A DNA stretch of 64,000 nucleotides from Vicinamibacteria bacterium (GCA_964291235.2 OZ219815.1:416001-480000), one strand, 5' to 3'. Counted from the first letter of the stretch, positions 10,560-21,075 are shown. Numbers and translations: made by a program. The notes: generated by a model from the letters alone, not told the origin.

Positions 10560-11342
10560 TCACTCCGGGGGTTCGGGGAACAGGCACCCGAGCGCCGCGA
10601 TGTCTTCCTCGGTCGCGGTGTATTCGGACAGGCCGGCCTCCCAGGGGGAATCCAGGGCGAGGGACGACGGAACGCTGTGGGACTCGCTTTCGGGGTAGTC
10701 GAAACCGAGCAGGAAGAAGAGACGCTGGATCACGACAGTATCGGCGAAGCCGACCTCATTCGGGTCCTCCAACCGACCATCACCAACCCAGTAATAGATG
10801 TTCACGCAGAAACCCACCGAGCCGACGGGGCCACCCCCTTGCTGTCCTTCGGGCGCCTCCGGGAGATGGTAGACCGCAATCTCGCCGGGCTCCCGCCAGT
10901 CCTGGCACTCGCTGGAGTCCACGGCGCGTTCCGCGGTCCATCCCTCGGGAGGCGTCACGAGGCCGCCGAACTCGATGACCGGGTATCCGAGCTGCCCTTC
11001 GATCTGATCGGCAAGCTTCTGCACGACCTCGAACTGGCCGGGCAGGTAGTCGGGGCCGACCACGTCCACGGGAAAGTTGTCGTAGTAGTTGACCGTGAAG
11101 GGCGTGTGCCACCACTCCGCCAGCAGGCTTAACTCGCTGCCTTCGACGGCCTCCAGAACCGCCGCGCACTCCGCGGTCGGCTCGGGCCGGACGGGGTCGG
11201 ACGGCGGCGCGGGCGGCGGTTCGGGGGGCGGCGGGACCGGCGCGGGCGCCGGCGGGGGCGCCGGCGGGGTGGTGGCAGTGTCGCCGCCGCATCCCAGCGA
11301 CAGGAGCACTCCGGCAGCGATCACCAGACGCCGGGTTCTCAT
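10560..11342 (-). CDS. Lipoprotein with Pro-rich linker and degenerate metzincin-like domain
   Basis: GGAGG RBS, lipobox LSLGC, PPAPPP linker, C-terminal ..EDIAALGCLF helix. Confidence 0.75.
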   Translation of the reverse strand: MRTRRLVIAAGVLLSLGCGGDTATTPPAPPPAPAPVPPPPEPPPAPPSDPVRPEPTAECAAVLEAVEGSELSLLAEWWHTPFTVNYYDNFPVDVVGPDYLPGQFEVVQKLADQIEGQLGYPVIEFGGLVTPPEGWTAERAVDSSECQDWREPGEIAVYHLPEAPEGQQGGGPVGSVGFCVNIYYWVGDGRLEDPNEVGFADTVVIQRLFFLLGFDYPESESHSVPSSLALDSPWEAGLSEYTATEEDIAALGCLFPEPPE

Positions 11343-11837
11343 GTGGAGTCCTCCGGGGACGCCCCGCGTCCCGTGCGAAGCAGGACTATACGACGGGTCG
11401 TCAGGCCGCGTGGCTCTCCAGGCCCATCCTGCGGAGCGCCCGCCCGAGGTCCGGGCGCGTTTCGGGGCCCGTGTTTCGCCCGGCCCGGGGCGCCGCCTCG
11501 GCTGGGCCATCATCCCGTAGCGGACCGGTTCCCGGCGGGTGGTCCTTTCCCCCGGCCGGCGCCAATTCCCGCATGTGCCGAAGGTGTCGCCATATCGGCC
11601 AGAACGGGCGTAGAACCCCGTAAAGACCGTGTCAGACAAGGAAAGGGCAGATGCCGAGATCGGGAGCCGGGATCGGGTAGAGTCCGGTTTCGGAAAAGCG
11701 TGGATCGACGTGTTTCGCCGCCGCAACCGTAGTTCTCGGAAACTACCCTGGCAGAAGGCACTTGCGGTGACGATGAGATTCCTTCAGGTCCACCACGGTT
11801 TCTCTCGGCGGGCCGGGACATCCCGGTTCGTCTTTCC

Positions 11838-11935
11838 GGAAGCGCATGGGGTCTGGCGGCCTCCGCGGACTTCAAATCCGTTGATTCCGGGTTAGCCCCC
11901 GGGATGGTGGGTTCGATTCCCACACGCTTCCGCCA
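11838..11935 (+). tRNA. selC: tRNA-Sec (UCA)
   Basis: GGAAGCG start, 6-bp D-stem, anticodon loop CTTCAAA, long variable arm, GTGGG-TTCGATT-CCCAC, G discriminator plus CCA; 98 nt. Confidence 0.93.
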
Positions 11936-12029
11936 GGGTGGCGTGTTTTGTCACTGGAGCCGGGTACAGTGCCGCTCATCCGTGGGATTCCTCCACATAT
12001 CGGTCCTCTCCAGCGCCTGACTCCAGAAC

Positions 12030-14474
12030 ATGAAACCGGCTGCACTGGCGGAGGGCCCGGGACGGCTCTTCCGCGCGTCGGCCAACGCGCTCACGGCGCC
12101 GGAACGGCGCGCCGCCATCCGATCCCTGGTGGCCGAGCTGGATACGAACGCCGCGCTGCGCGGCGTCACGGCGCTCCGCCATTTCCCGGCGGAACCCGGC
12201 GACTATCGGGATTTCCCCGAGCACCTGGACGAGCGCCTCCGCGAGGCCTATCGGCGCCGGGGCATCGATCAGCTCTATTCCCACCAGCGGGAAGTGCTCG
12301 ACCGCGTGGAGGCGGGCGAGAGCGTGGCGGCCGTCACGCCCACCGCTTCCGGAAAGACGCTTTGCTACAACGCGCCGGTCCTGAACCGGATTCTCCGGGA
12401 GCCCGACGCCCGCGCGCTCTACCTGTTCCCCACGAAGGCGCTATCGCAGGACCAGAAGAAGGAACTCCTCGAACTCCTCGGGCTGGTCAGGAAGGAAGAC
12501 GAGCTGGGCGAAGACATCCGGGCCGAGGTTTACGACGGGGACACCCCGGGAGACGCTCGCCGCAGCATCCGGACCCGGGCGCACATCGTGGTCACAAACC
12601 CGGACATGTTGCATTCCGGGATCCTCCCCCACCACACCAAGTGGGCCAAGCTGTTCGAGAGTCTCCGGTTCGTCGTCATCGACGAAATGCACACCTATCG
12701 CGGGGTGTTCGGCAGCCACCTGGCCAACCTGCTGCGGCGGCTCCGCCGCGTGTGCGATCACTACGGAGCGGCCCCCCAGTTCATTCTCAGCTCCGCGACC
12801 ATCGCGAATCCGCGCGAACTCGCCGAGGGACTCACCGAACGTTCCATCTCCCTCGTGGACCGGAGCGGCGCGCCCCGTCCGGAGCGGTTCTTCCTGTTCT
12901 ACAACCCGCCCGTGGTGAACCCGGAACTGGGGATCCGCCGCTCGGCGCTGAACGAGACGCGCCGGATCGCCGGCGGTTTCCTGCGGGGCAACCTGCAGAC
13001 GATCGTGTTCGCCCGCTCGCGGACCCAGACGGAGGTGCTCGTCAAGTACCTGAAGCAGGACATCGAGACCCGTCCCGACCATACCGACCGGATCCGCGGG
13101 TATCGCGGCGGGTATCTCCCCAAGAAGCGCCGGGAGATCGAGGACGGAATCAAGAACGGCAGCGTCCTCGGGGTCGTCTCGACCAACGCGCTGGAACTGG
13201 GGATCGACATCGGCGGCCTCGACGTTGCGGTGATCGCGGGGTACCCGGGGACCATCGCCTCCACCTGGCAGCAGGCGGGCCGGGCCGGCCGCCGCGGGGG
13301 AACCGCGGCCGCCGTGCTGGTGGCGAACTCGACGCCCATCAACCAGTTCGTCATCCAGCATCCGGACTACTTCTTCGAAGGGACGCCGGAGAGGGGCCTT
13401 ATCAACCCGGAAAACCTCTCCATCCTGATCGAACACCTCAAGTGCGCCGCCTTCGAACTGCCCTTCCGGAAGGGAGAGCGCTTCGGGGGCGAAGACCTCG
13501 AAGAACTGCTCGGCGTGCTGGAGGAAGAGCGGATTCTCTACCGGGCCGGCGACCGGTGGTTCTGGACCGCGGATTCCTATCCGGCCAACAGCGTGAGCCT
13601 CCGCTCCATCAGCTCGGACAACTTCGTGGTCCACGACCGCGAGAGCGACCGGGTCATCGCGGAAGTGGACTTTGTGAGCGCGCACTCGACCCTGCACGAG
13701 AAGGCCATCTACATGCTCGAGAGCGACACCTACTACGTCGAGCAGTTGGATCATCGGGAGCGGCGCGCCGAGGTCCGCCCCATCGACAGTGACTACTACA
13801 CGGATGCGGTCACCCACACCAAGGTCACCGTCCTCGACACCTTCGGCGCGGCGCCGGAACCGTCTTCCCCCGCCGCCCACGGCGAGGTTCACGTGGTCAA
13901 GCAGGTCGTCGGATTCAAGAAGATCAAGTTCTTCACGGGCGAGAACGTGGGCTCCGGCGAACTCGACATGCCGGCCGTCGAAATGCACACCACCGCGTTC
14001 TGGCTCGAAGCGCCGCCCGACGTGCTGCGCGCGGTTCGCTTCGGTCCCGAAGACCGGCGGGACGGCATCCGCGGGATCCGGAACGCGATGCGGGCGGTGG
14101 CGACGACCTTTCTCATGTGCGAGCCGCAGGACATCGGGTCCGCCATCGGAACCGGGTCCGCCGAGGACGCCGGGCCGCTTCCCGCGCAGCGCGCCGTCGA
14201 GGAAGGGCCCCCCGGCGAGCCGGCGGCCACCACCCGGATCTTCATCTACGACAACTATCCCGGCGGCATCGGCTTCTCGGAACCGCTCTGGGAATCGCGG
14301 ACCCCGCTGCTGGACGAAACGCTCGGCCTGATCGAACGCTGCCCGTGTCCGGCAGGCTGCCCCTCGTGCGTGGGCCCCGTCGGGGAAATCGGGCGCCGCG
14401 GAAAGGCGGCCGCGGTGGCGATCCTGCAGGGCATCCGGAGTCGTGAAGAGATCGCGGCGGCCGCGGCTTCCTGA
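12030..14474 (+). CDS. DEAH-box helicase with C-terminal DUF1998 Cys cluster (MrfA/YprA/Hrq1 family)
   Basis: TPTASGKT, DEMH, SAT, QAGRAGR; MCEPQD...IYDNYPGGIG...CPCPAGCPSC. Confidence 0.93.
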   Translation: MKPAALAEGPGRLFRASANALTAPERRAAIRSLVAELDTNAALRGVTALRHFPAEPGDYRDFPEHLDERLREAYRRRGIDQLYSHQREVLDRVEAGESVAAVTPTASGKTLCYNAPVLNRILREPDARALYLFPTKALSQDQKKELLELLGLVRKEDELGEDIRAEVYDGDTPGDARRSIRTRAHIVVTNPDMLHSGILPHHTKWAKLFESLRFVVIDEMHTYRGVFGSHLANLLRRLRRVCDHYGAAPQFILSSATIANPRELAEGLTERSISLVDRSGAPRPERFFLFYNPPVVNPELGIRRSALNETRRIAGGFLRGNLQTIVFARSRTQTEVLVKYLKQDIETRPDHTDRIRGYRGGYLPKKRREIEDGIKNGSVLGVVSTNALELGIDIGGLDVAVIAGYPGTIASTWQQAGRAGRRGGTAAAVLVANSTPINQFVIQHPDYFFEGTPERGLINPENLSILIEHLKCAAFELPFRKGERFGGEDLEELLGVLEEERILYRAGDRWFWTADSYPANSVSLRSISSDNFVVHDRESDRVIAEVDFVSAHSTLHEKAIYMLESDTYYVEQLDHRERRAEVRPIDSDYYTDAVTHTKVTVLDTFGAAPEPSSPAAHGEVHVVKQVVGFKKIKFFTGENVGSGELDMPAVEMHTTAFWLEAPPDVLRAVRFGPEDRRDGIRGIRNAMRAVATTFLMCEPQDIGSAIGTGSAEDAGPLPAQRAVEEGPPGEPAATTRIFIYDNYPGGIGFSEPLWESRTPLLDETLGLIERCPCPAGCPSCVGPVGEIGRRGKAAAVAILQGIRSREEIAAAAAS

Positions 14475-14492
14475 CCTGCCCGTAGAGCTCCG

Positions 14493-15998
14493 ATGACAGC
14501 TGGCCGCACTTCGCTCGCCGAGCGGATCGCCCGGAGCCGAGCCCGGACGGTCACCGAAACGGGGAGACCCCCGGAGTCTCCAGGCACCCCGGCGCCTCCC
14601 GGCGCGGGCTTCGCGCCCCCATCCGATGCTGCCCGCCCGGAACCTGCCCGCCCGGAACCTGCCCGCCCGGAACCGGCAGCGGGCAAAGCGGCGCGGCTCG
14701 CCCGGGCGCGGGAGCTCATTCAGCGCACGGAACGCGGCTGGAAGGAACTCCGGGTCGCCGGAGCGGGAGGCGCCGAGACACCGGGTCGCGATGACCGGCC
14801 GCCGGCGCCGCCGGCACGCTTCGAAGGTGGGGACACTCCCGCTCCCGAGGCGGGCGAGGGGCAAATGCCCACTGCATCGCCCACCGCGGCGGCGGACGCC
14901 GAGAAAACCTTTTCGCGGGTGGACCGCTACTTTCGGCTCGACTCCCGCTATGGCCGCGAAACCCTGCTCCGGCTCACCGAGACTTCGGAGGAGGACACGG
15001 CCCGCCTCCAGATCCGTTCCGGCGAGCCCGGGGTGGACCTCGCCCGGGCGCTGTTTCTCGACACCGAAACGAGCGGCCTCGCGGGCGGGACGGGCACCTT
15101 CGCCTTCCTCATCGGAGTCGGCTACGTCGAAGAAGACCGGCTCCGCGTCACCCAGTTCCTCCTGGAGAACCCGCTCGGGGAAGCCGCCATGCTTGAAGAA
15201 CTCGCGGTGCTGGCAGCCGGGCGCCGCGACCTCGTCACCTACAACGGAGCCAGTTTCGACCTTCCGCTGCTCGAAACCCGCTTCGCGCTGAACGGGATTC
15301 CCTCGCCTTTCCGCAACGCCCGTCATCTCGACCTCCTCCACCCGGCGCGCCGGTTGTTCAAGCCGCGGCATGAGAGCGCCCGGCTCGGCATTCTGGAGCG
15401 GGAGGTCCTCGGGGTAGAGCGTGACGACGACATCCCCGGCGACCGGATTCCGCAGGTGTTCTTCGATTTCCTCCGCTATGGGAGCCACCCCGCGATGGAT
15501 TCGGTGCTGGCCCACAACCAATACGACATCGTCACCCTCGCGGCGCTGGCCCTCGTGGCCCTCGAACGGGTGGACGAGGACTGGCACAGCGACGATCCGG
15601 CGTACCTCCACGGAGCGGGACACCATTTCTGGCGGCGTGGAGAGTCTGAAGTGGCCATCCCGCTGCTGGAGCGGGCGCTCGCCGCCGGGCTTTCCGGGCC
15701 GAGCCGCGACCGCTGCCTGCTGGATCTGGGAGAGCGGCGGAAGCAACTCGGCGACTGGACCGGCGCCATCGAGCTCTGGCGCCAGGTCAGCACCGTGGAT
15801 TCCCGGGAGCGGCTGGACGTCCTCGTCTGGTTCGCCAAGCACGAGGAACACCAGCGGAAGGAACCGGCCGGGGCGCTCACCCACGTCGAAGACGCCCTGG
15901 AGCGGCTGCCGCGCGTGGAGATGGGCCGCGAAACCACCCGGCGCTACCAGAAGGAACTCGAAAAGCGCGCCGCCCGGCTGCAGAAGAGCCTGGGCTGA
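14493..15998 (+). CDS. RNase H-like DEDD exonuclease with TPR C-terminus (MrfB/YprB family)
   Basis: FLDTETSGL, YNGASFD, HNQYD; helical repeats; follows the DUF1998 helicase. Confidence 0.87.
   Translation: MTAGRTSLAERIARSRARTVTETGRPPESPGTPAPPGAGFAPPSDAARPEPARPEPARPEPAAGKAARLARARELIQRTERGWKELRVAGAGGAETPGRDDRPPAPPARFEGGDTPAPEAGEGQMPTASPTAAADAEKTFSRVDRYFRLDSRYGRETLLRLTETSEEDTARLQIRSGEPGVDLARALFLDTETSGLAGGTGTFAFLIGVGYVEEDRLRVTQFLLENPLGEAAMLEELAVLAAGRRDLVTYNGASFDLPLLETRFALNGIPSPFRNARHLDLLHPARRLFKPRHESARLGILEREVLGVERDDDIPGDRIPQVFFDFLRYGSHPAMDSVLAHNQYDIVTLAALALVALERVDEDWHSDDPAYLHGAGHHFWRRGESEVAIPLLERALAAGLSGPSRDRCLLDLGERRKQLGDWTGAIELWRQVSTVDSRERLDVLVWFAKHEEHQRKEPAGALTHVEDALERLPRVEMGRETTRRYQKELEKRAARLQKSLG
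14628..14674 (+). repeat. 15-bp coding tandem repeat x3 (PARPE)
   Basis: CTGCCCGCCCGGAAC repeated three times in the exonuclease N-terminal linker. Confidence 0.85.
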
Positions 15999-16062
15999 TC
16001 GGCGCGGGTGGTCCCCGGTCTCGCCTCGGGGTCGCACCCAGCCTGGCCGGAAACGAGCAGGT

Positions 16063-17415
16063 CTATCGCGCCCCCACCCCACGAAGGTCGGCCGTGGACG
16101 GCGACCGCGTCGCCTGGAGTTCCGCCGCCACCCGCTCGACCTCGCGCAGCGCCCGGAGGACGTTGCCGGCGGCGATCTGACGGAGGTCCTCCTCGGACCA
16201 GCCGCGCCGCAGGAGTTCGGCGAAGAGCACCGGGAACCGGTCCACGTGTTCGAGGCCTTCCACCATCGAGGGTCCCCCCGGGTCGTAGTAATCGGAACCG
16301 ATCCCGATGTGGGCGAGCCCGGCCACGTCGCGGATGTGTTCGATGTGGGCGGCGACGTCGGAGACCGTCCCCCGCGGCATCGGGTTGTCGGCCTCCCAGC
16401 GGGCCAGGCGGCGGACGACTTCTTCCTCGTCACCCAGTTCGGCGCGGAGCCGCTCCCGCTCGCGGTTCCGCATCGCTCCCCAGACCGGCTCGGCGGCGCC
16501 CATCCCCATGGCGGCCCGGTCCTCCTCGGCCTCGATGCCCTCGCGGGCCAGCCATTCGGAAGGCGTGGGAACCACGTACCCGGGAATGAAGTCCACCATC
16601 ACCACCCCGCCGTTGTCGGGCAGCAGCCGCAGCACGTCGTCGGGCACGTTGCGCGGGTGGGCGTTCACGCCCCGGGCACCCGAATGGGAGTAGAGCACCG
16701 GCGCCTCGCTGATCCGGAGCGCGTCGCGCATGGTCTCGGCGCTCACGTGGGAGAGGTCCACGAACATGCCGAGGCGGTTCATCTCGCGGACCACCTCCTC
16801 ACCGAACGGCGACAGGCCGCGGTGCAGGGGAATGTCGGTCGCCGCGTCCGCCCAGTCATGGGTGCGGAAGTGGGTCAGGGTCATGTAGCGGACACCGAGT
16901 TCGTAGAGCATCCGCAGCGCGGCGGTGGAGCCTTCGATGGCGTGGCCGCCCTCGAGACCGATCATGGACGCGATGCGTCCCGCGGCGTGGGCGCGCTCGA
17001 TGTCGTCCGCGGTACGCGCGAATTCGAAGTCCTCGTAACGGTCCACGAAGCGGTGGATCACGTCGATCTCGCGGATCGCCTGCCGCAGGGAATCGCCGGT
17101 GGCGATGAAGTCGGTATCGACGAAGGCCGACCAGAACTGCATCCCGACCCCGCCCTCGCGGAGCCGCGGGATGTCGGCGGGCAGTTCCATCTGCACCTGG
17201 TTCAGATCGGCGCCGGGTAGGTCGAGGTCGCCGCGGACCACGTCGAGGAGCGAACTCGGCAGGTCGTTATGCCCGTCGGCGAAGGGAACGCTCTCGAGCA
17301 GTGCGCGGGCGCGGTCCACGAGTTCCGGGGTGATTCCCGGCGGGAGCGGCTGACCGCCGGCGGTGGCGCTCAATGCCAGGGCCACGAAGCAGGCGAAAAA
17401 GCGGTGAAGCGGCAT
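16063..17415 (-). CDS. Membrane dipeptidase (peptidase M19)
   Basis: DGHND, GLEGGH, VDLSH, YSHS, RNVPD, GIGSDY; signal peptide. Confidence 0.93.
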   Translation of the reverse strand: MPLHRFFACFVALALSATAGGQPLPPGITPELVDRARALLESVPFADGHNDLPSSLLDVVRGDLDLPGADLNQVQMELPADIPRLREGGVGMQFWSAFVDTDFIATGDSLRQAIREIDVIHRFVDRYEDFEFARTADDIERAHAAGRIASMIGLEGGHAIEGSTAALRMLYELGVRYMTLTHFRTHDWADAATDIPLHRGLSPFGEEVVREMNRLGMFVDLSHVSAETMRDALRISEAPVLYSHSGARGVNAHPRNVPDDVLRLLPDNGGVVMVDFIPGYVVPTPSEWLAREGIEAEEDRAAMGMGAAEPVWGAMRNRERERLRAELGDEEEVVRRLARWEADNPMPRGTVSDVAAHIEHIRDVAGLAHIGIGSDYYDPGGPSMVEGLEHVDRFPVLFAELLRRGWSEEDLRQIAAGNVLRALREVERVAAELQATRSPSTADLRGVGAR

Positions 17416-17477
17416 GGCAATCCTTTCCCCGGTAGAAGTCGAGGCACTAGAGTGGAACAGCGGTCGGAGGACCTTGG

Positions 17478-17894
17478 ATGACACGGAAGATGACACGAAT
17501 CACCGTGGAGGAGGCAGAGGACTGGTTGAACGCCTACGGTCAGGCGTGGATCGAAGGCGACCCATCGGCCGTGGTCGCTCTCTTTCATCCCGACGCCGAA
17601 TATCGGGAGACACCCTTCAGCCAGGGGATGACGGGGTCCGAGGCGATACGAAGGTACTGGCAGGAAGGCGCCGCCGATTCGCAAGAAGATGTCACCTTCA
17701 CCTACGACATCTGGTCCGTTTCCGGCAATGAGGTCCATGCCGGCTGGACGGCGCGCTTTCGCAGGAAGGGCACCGGTGTCGTCGTCGATCTGGACGGTGT
17801 GTTTCGGCTGATCTTTGACCAGCGCCAGGGGGCCACGAAATGCTCGAGCCTCAGGGAGTGGTGGCACTTGCGGGAAACCCCGCGCGCAGGCTGA
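17478..17894 (+). CDS. SnoaL/NTF2-like protein
   Basis: Y..AW...D...V.ALF..DA.Y.E.PF, G..AIR.YW, LREWW; GGAGG RBS. Confidence 0.85.
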   Translation: MTRKMTRITVEEAEDWLNAYGQAWIEGDPSAVVALFHPDAEYRETPFSQGMTGSEAIRRYWQEGAADSQEDVTFTYDIWSVSGNEVHAGWTARFRRKGTGVVVDLDGVFRLIFDQRQGATKCSSLREWWHLRETPRAG

Positions 17895-17912
17895 AACGAG
17901 GGCTCGTCTCGC

Positions 17913-18170
17913 TCAACCGCCGCTGACGGGAGGCAGGAAGGCGACCTCGTCGCCGGCCGCGAGGACCGCGTCCCGGGGGACGAACCGGTGATTCACCGCG
18001 ACGCTGACCGACGGCGCGAGGGCGGCCAATCCGGGATGCCCGCGCACGAGGTCCTCCCAGACGGCGGCGGCGGTGAGTCCTTCCCGGTGGGGAATCTCCA
18101 GGCGCCCCCGCCCGGCCGCATCCCGGGCGGCGGCGAACAGGAGGACGGTGACGGCGCCCGGCCCGGTCAT
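17913..18170 (-). CDS. moaD: Molybdopterin synthase sulfur carrier
   Basis: VAVN...GDEVAFLPPVSGG C-terminus. Confidence 0.93.
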   Translation of the reverse strand: MTGPGAVTVLLFAAARDAAGRGRLEIPHREGLTAAAVWEDLVRGHPGLAALAPSVSVAVNHRFVPRDAVLAAGDEVAFLPPVSGG

Positions 18171-18598
18171 TCGGTCACCGGCTCCTTCGGCCCCTCCACC
18201 CAGATGTCACCTCCCTCGAAGAACTCCCGCTTCCAGATCGGCACGATGCGCTTGATCTCGTTCATGGTGTGCCGCGCGGCTTCGAAGGCGTGGCCGCGGT
18301 GGGGAGACGCGACGGCAACCAGGACGCTCGCCTCTCCGATATCCACCCGGCCGATCCGGTGGTGGATCCGGAGCCGCTCGATCCCGAAGCGCTCCCGGAC
18401 GTCGTCCGCCACGCGCCCCAGGACCGGAAGGACCATGGCCTCGTACGCCTCGTATTCCAGATGGAGCACCGTGCGGCCCTTGTTGCGAGCGCGGACGATT
18501 CCCGAAAAAACCACGACCGCGCCGTCTTCGGGGGTCGAGAGCCCGGCAGCGACCGCACCCTCGTCAAGCGGCTCGGAAGTGAGGCGGAACCGCTCCAC
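18167..18598 (-). CDS. moaE: Molybdopterin synthase catalytic subunit
   Basis: GAVVVFSG.VR, LEYEAY, HRIG, SPHR..AF, PIWKRE; GTG overlaps thiD stop. Confidence 0.93.
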   Translation of the reverse strand: MERFRLTSEPLDEGAVAAGLSTPEDGAVVVFSGIVRARNKGRTVLHLEYEAYEAMVLPVLGRVADDVRERFGIERLRIHHRIGRVDIGEASVLVAVASPHRGHAFEAARHTMNEIKRIVPIWKREFFEGGDIWVEGPKEPVTE

Positions 18599-19422
18599 TA
18601 CCCCATCTCCGGAAGGTGGCCGAGCGGGCCGTGACCGCTGCCCAGCGGCGCGGCGCGCAGCATGGCGGCCCGCAAGTACTCCCGGGCCCGTTCCACCGCT
18701 TCCCGAAGCTCCCGGCCGCAGGCGAGGTTTGCCGCCACCGCCGCCGAGAGCGTGCACCCCGTGCCGTGGGTGGCGCGGGTGTTGATCCGCTGACTCCGGA
18801 AGACCGCGGCGCCGGTCCCGTCGAGAAACAGATCCACGATCGCGTCGCCGTCGAGGTGCCCCCCCTTCATCAGCACGGCGCGCGCGCCCATCTCCAGGAG
18901 GGATTCACCGGCGGTGCGCATCTGAGCCTCGTCTTCTACCCGAAGGCCGGTGAGATCGGAAGCCTCGGGCAGATTCGGAGTGAGAAGGGCCGCTCGCGGC
19001 AGGAGCTCGCTCCGCAGCGCCTCCACGGCGTCCGGCCGGAGCAGCCGGTCCCCGCTCTTCGCGACCATCACCGGATCCACCACCACGCGGAGTCCGTGAT
19101 CGTCCACGGCCCGCGCCACCGCCTCAATGATCGCCGCCGAGGAGAGCATGCCGGTCTTCGCGGCCCGCACCCGGAAATCGGACGCCACCGCGGCGATCTG
19201 GGCGGAAACCAGCGCCGGCTCGATTTCCTGGACACCGGTGACGGCGACGGTGTTCTGCGCGGTGACCGCGGTGATCGCCGACAGGCCGTAGACGCCGTGC
19301 GCGGCAAAGGTCTTGAGGTCGGCCTGGACGCCGGCGCCGCCCCCGGAGTCCGACCCGGCGATGGTGAGGGCTACCGGGGGCGCTCCCGGTGCGTTCGCGC
19401 GCCGGACCGAAGCGCCGCTCAC
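18598..19422 (-). CDS. thiD: Hydroxymethylpyrimidine/phosphomethylpyrimidine kinase
   Basis: [41 protein letters not shown]. Confidence 0.95.
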   Translation of the reverse strand: MSGASVRRANAPGAPPVALTIAGSDSGGGAGVQADLKTFAAHGVYGLSAITAVTAQNTVAVTGVQEIEPALVSAQIAAVASDFRVRAAKTGMLSSAAIIEAVARAVDDHGLRVVVDPVMVAKSGDRLLRPDAVEALRSELLPRAALLTPNLPEASDLTGLRVEDEAQMRTAGESLLEMGARAVLMKGGHLDGDAIVDLFLDGTGAAVFRSQRINTRATHGTGCTLSAAVAANLACGRELREAVERAREYLRAAMLRAAPLGSGHGPLGHLPEMG

Positions 19423-20744
19423 GGAGAGGCAGTGCGGAAGGACAGCACCCAGACCGCGTCCGCGTCCCACTCGTCCGCGAGCGGATGCGGGTCGAGGCGC
19501 TGGCCGTGCTCGTCCTCAATCTCCCTGTAGAGGATCAGATGGACCTCGCGTCCCGGCTCCAGGGACGCACCCGGCACCACGAGCAGACTCCGACTGCCGT
19601 CGTCGTAGGTGAGTTCGAGGTCCGGAAACGGGTTCTCTTCGTACGGCTCGTCCCCGTAGAGGAGATCCACCGAAGCGTGGAAGCTGTCGGCGACCATCCG
19701 GTTCGAGAACTGGACGCGGAAGTCGCTGTCGAGCGGAATCTCCCTTTCCCCGTCGAGGGGCAAGGAGAACACCACCCGCAGCGGGGCGACCGCCGCTTCC
19801 CGCGCCTCCTTCTCGGCGACCCGGATGTCCACCGGCTCCAGCGATTCGTCATCCGGAGGGTCGGCGAGTTCGAGCCGCTCGGCACGGAGATAGACGATCC
19901 CGTTCGAGGTCCAGGGTCTCCCGTACACCCGCAGCCACTTGCCGGTGTCGCGCCGCCGCTTGGGATCGAACCGGAACCCGTTCCCCGCGGGGCGCATGCC
20001 GGTGACCCAGATGGCGTCCGTCGCGGTCTTGATCACGAAGTCGCGCGGCGTCTTCTTGTCCTTGATGGAGAGATCGCCGAACAGGTTGTTGCCCCGGAAC
20101 TTCCCGATGACCTCGACCCGCTGGCTGAGCCAGGGATCCGGGTCGGCGATCAAATCTTCGATGCCGATCGCCGCCGCGCTCCCCGCCTCGATCTTGATGG
20201 CGTCGCCGATCTCCATTTCGGCTTCCGCCTCCCGTTCGCGCTTCGAAGAGAGATCCTCGGTAGCCCGGATCGGGGTCACGGCGACGATGGCCAGGAAACC
20301 CTCCGTCCGCATGTCCATCGCGTCGCCCCAGGAAGGGTCGTACGGATAGTTCCGGAGGATCGGGTGGCTGCGGAGCATGTACTCATCGACCATGCGGGTC
20401 GCGAAGAACCATCCCTCGATCTCCACTTCGCCCCCGCCCATGAAGGCGAGGTCGTTGCTGCTCATGTAGGCCTGGGCGATCAGGACCTGCTCGATGGACT
20501 CCGGATCCCGGAGCAGCATGACCCTTTGGTCGTTCCCGAAGGAGAAGCCCAGCTCGCCCCGGGTGAGCACCGCCTTCTCGTGGTAGAAGGTGGGACGGCG
20601 CGAGAGGTCGGCCACCTCGACCGCCTCCGGCTGATCGGGGAAGTAGCCGTACTGGGCCAGCGCGGGGACGGACGAGCCGACGGCGGCCAGCGTCAGCACG
20701 GCGAGGCTCAGGGGTCGGAACACGGCGGGAACGGGGTTAGGCAT
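19419..20744 (-). CDS. Secreted protein with OB-like modules and C-terminal Ig-like domain
   Basis: Signal peptide; [20 protein letters not shown] Ig-like motif; GTGA overlap with thiD. Confidence 0.65.
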   Translation of the reverse strand: MPNPVPAVFRPLSLAVLTLAAVGSSVPALAQYGYFPDQPEAVEVADLSRRPTFYHEKAVLTRGELGFSFGNDQRVMLLRDPESIEQVLIAQAYMSSNDLAFMGGGEVEIEGWFFATRMVDEYMLRSHPILRNYPYDPSWGDAMDMRTEGFLAIVAVTPIRATEDLSSKREREAEAEMEIGDAIKIEAGSAAAIGIEDLIADPDPWLSQRVEVIGKFRGNNLFGDLSIKDKKTPRDFVIKTATDAIWVTGMRPAGNGFRFDPKRRRDTGKWLRVYGRPWTSNGIVYLRAERLELADPPDDESLEPVDIRVAEKEAREAAVAPLRVVFSLPLDGEREIPLDSDFRVQFSNRMVADSFHASVDLLYGDEPYEENPFPDLELTYDDGSRSLLVVPGASLEPGREVHLILYREIEDEHGQRLDPHPLADEWDADAVWVLSFRTASP

Positions 20745-20761
20745 CGTAGCAGCGGCGGCCA

Positions 20762-20790
20762 GGGAACGCCGACCTCCAGGTCGGCACAGC
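20762..20790 (+). repeat. REP-like element (type B); left arm of 29-bp inverted repeat
   Basis: GGGAACGCCGACCTCCAGGTCGGCACAGC; exact reverse complement at 24169-24197; partial copy from 20882. Confidence 0.85.
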
Positions 20791-21075
20791 CCGCCGCAGG
20801 CGGGCGGCGGGACGGACCCCGACCGTCAGAGTGGTTCCTATCTCGGCGTACATCCCACCAACCCCCGCGTCACCCAGGCAAGGGAACGCCGACCTCCAGG
20901 CCAGTTCTCCGGGTGGGGGCCGGCACAGCCCCGCGAAGCGGGGCGACGGGACTGCCCCCCACCGTCAGGGTGATTCCCCTCTCGGCGTGAACCGGGATCC
21001 CCCGGAGGAACCCATCAGGGGAAACCAGTTTCCATCCGCGCCCCCGTGCGGAGGGCGACCCGCGGACGGGGCGCT

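Noticed and set aside
9980-11837. Intact integrative element between the two tRNAs
   Set aside because: No integrase, and no duplicated tRNA 3' end (att) found by eye
11510-11923. ORFs overlapping tRNA-Sec
   Set aside because: They are translations of the tRNA and its flank
12030-15998. DISARM/Druantia-type defence system suggested by the DUF1998 helicase
   Set aside because: Pairing with a YprB-like exonuclease and host-like codon usage fit MrfAB-type DNA repair; no methylase or other defence partners
12441-16433. 1330-aa minus-strand ORF
   Set aside because: Antisense shadow of the helicase and exonuclease genes, typical of high-GC DNA
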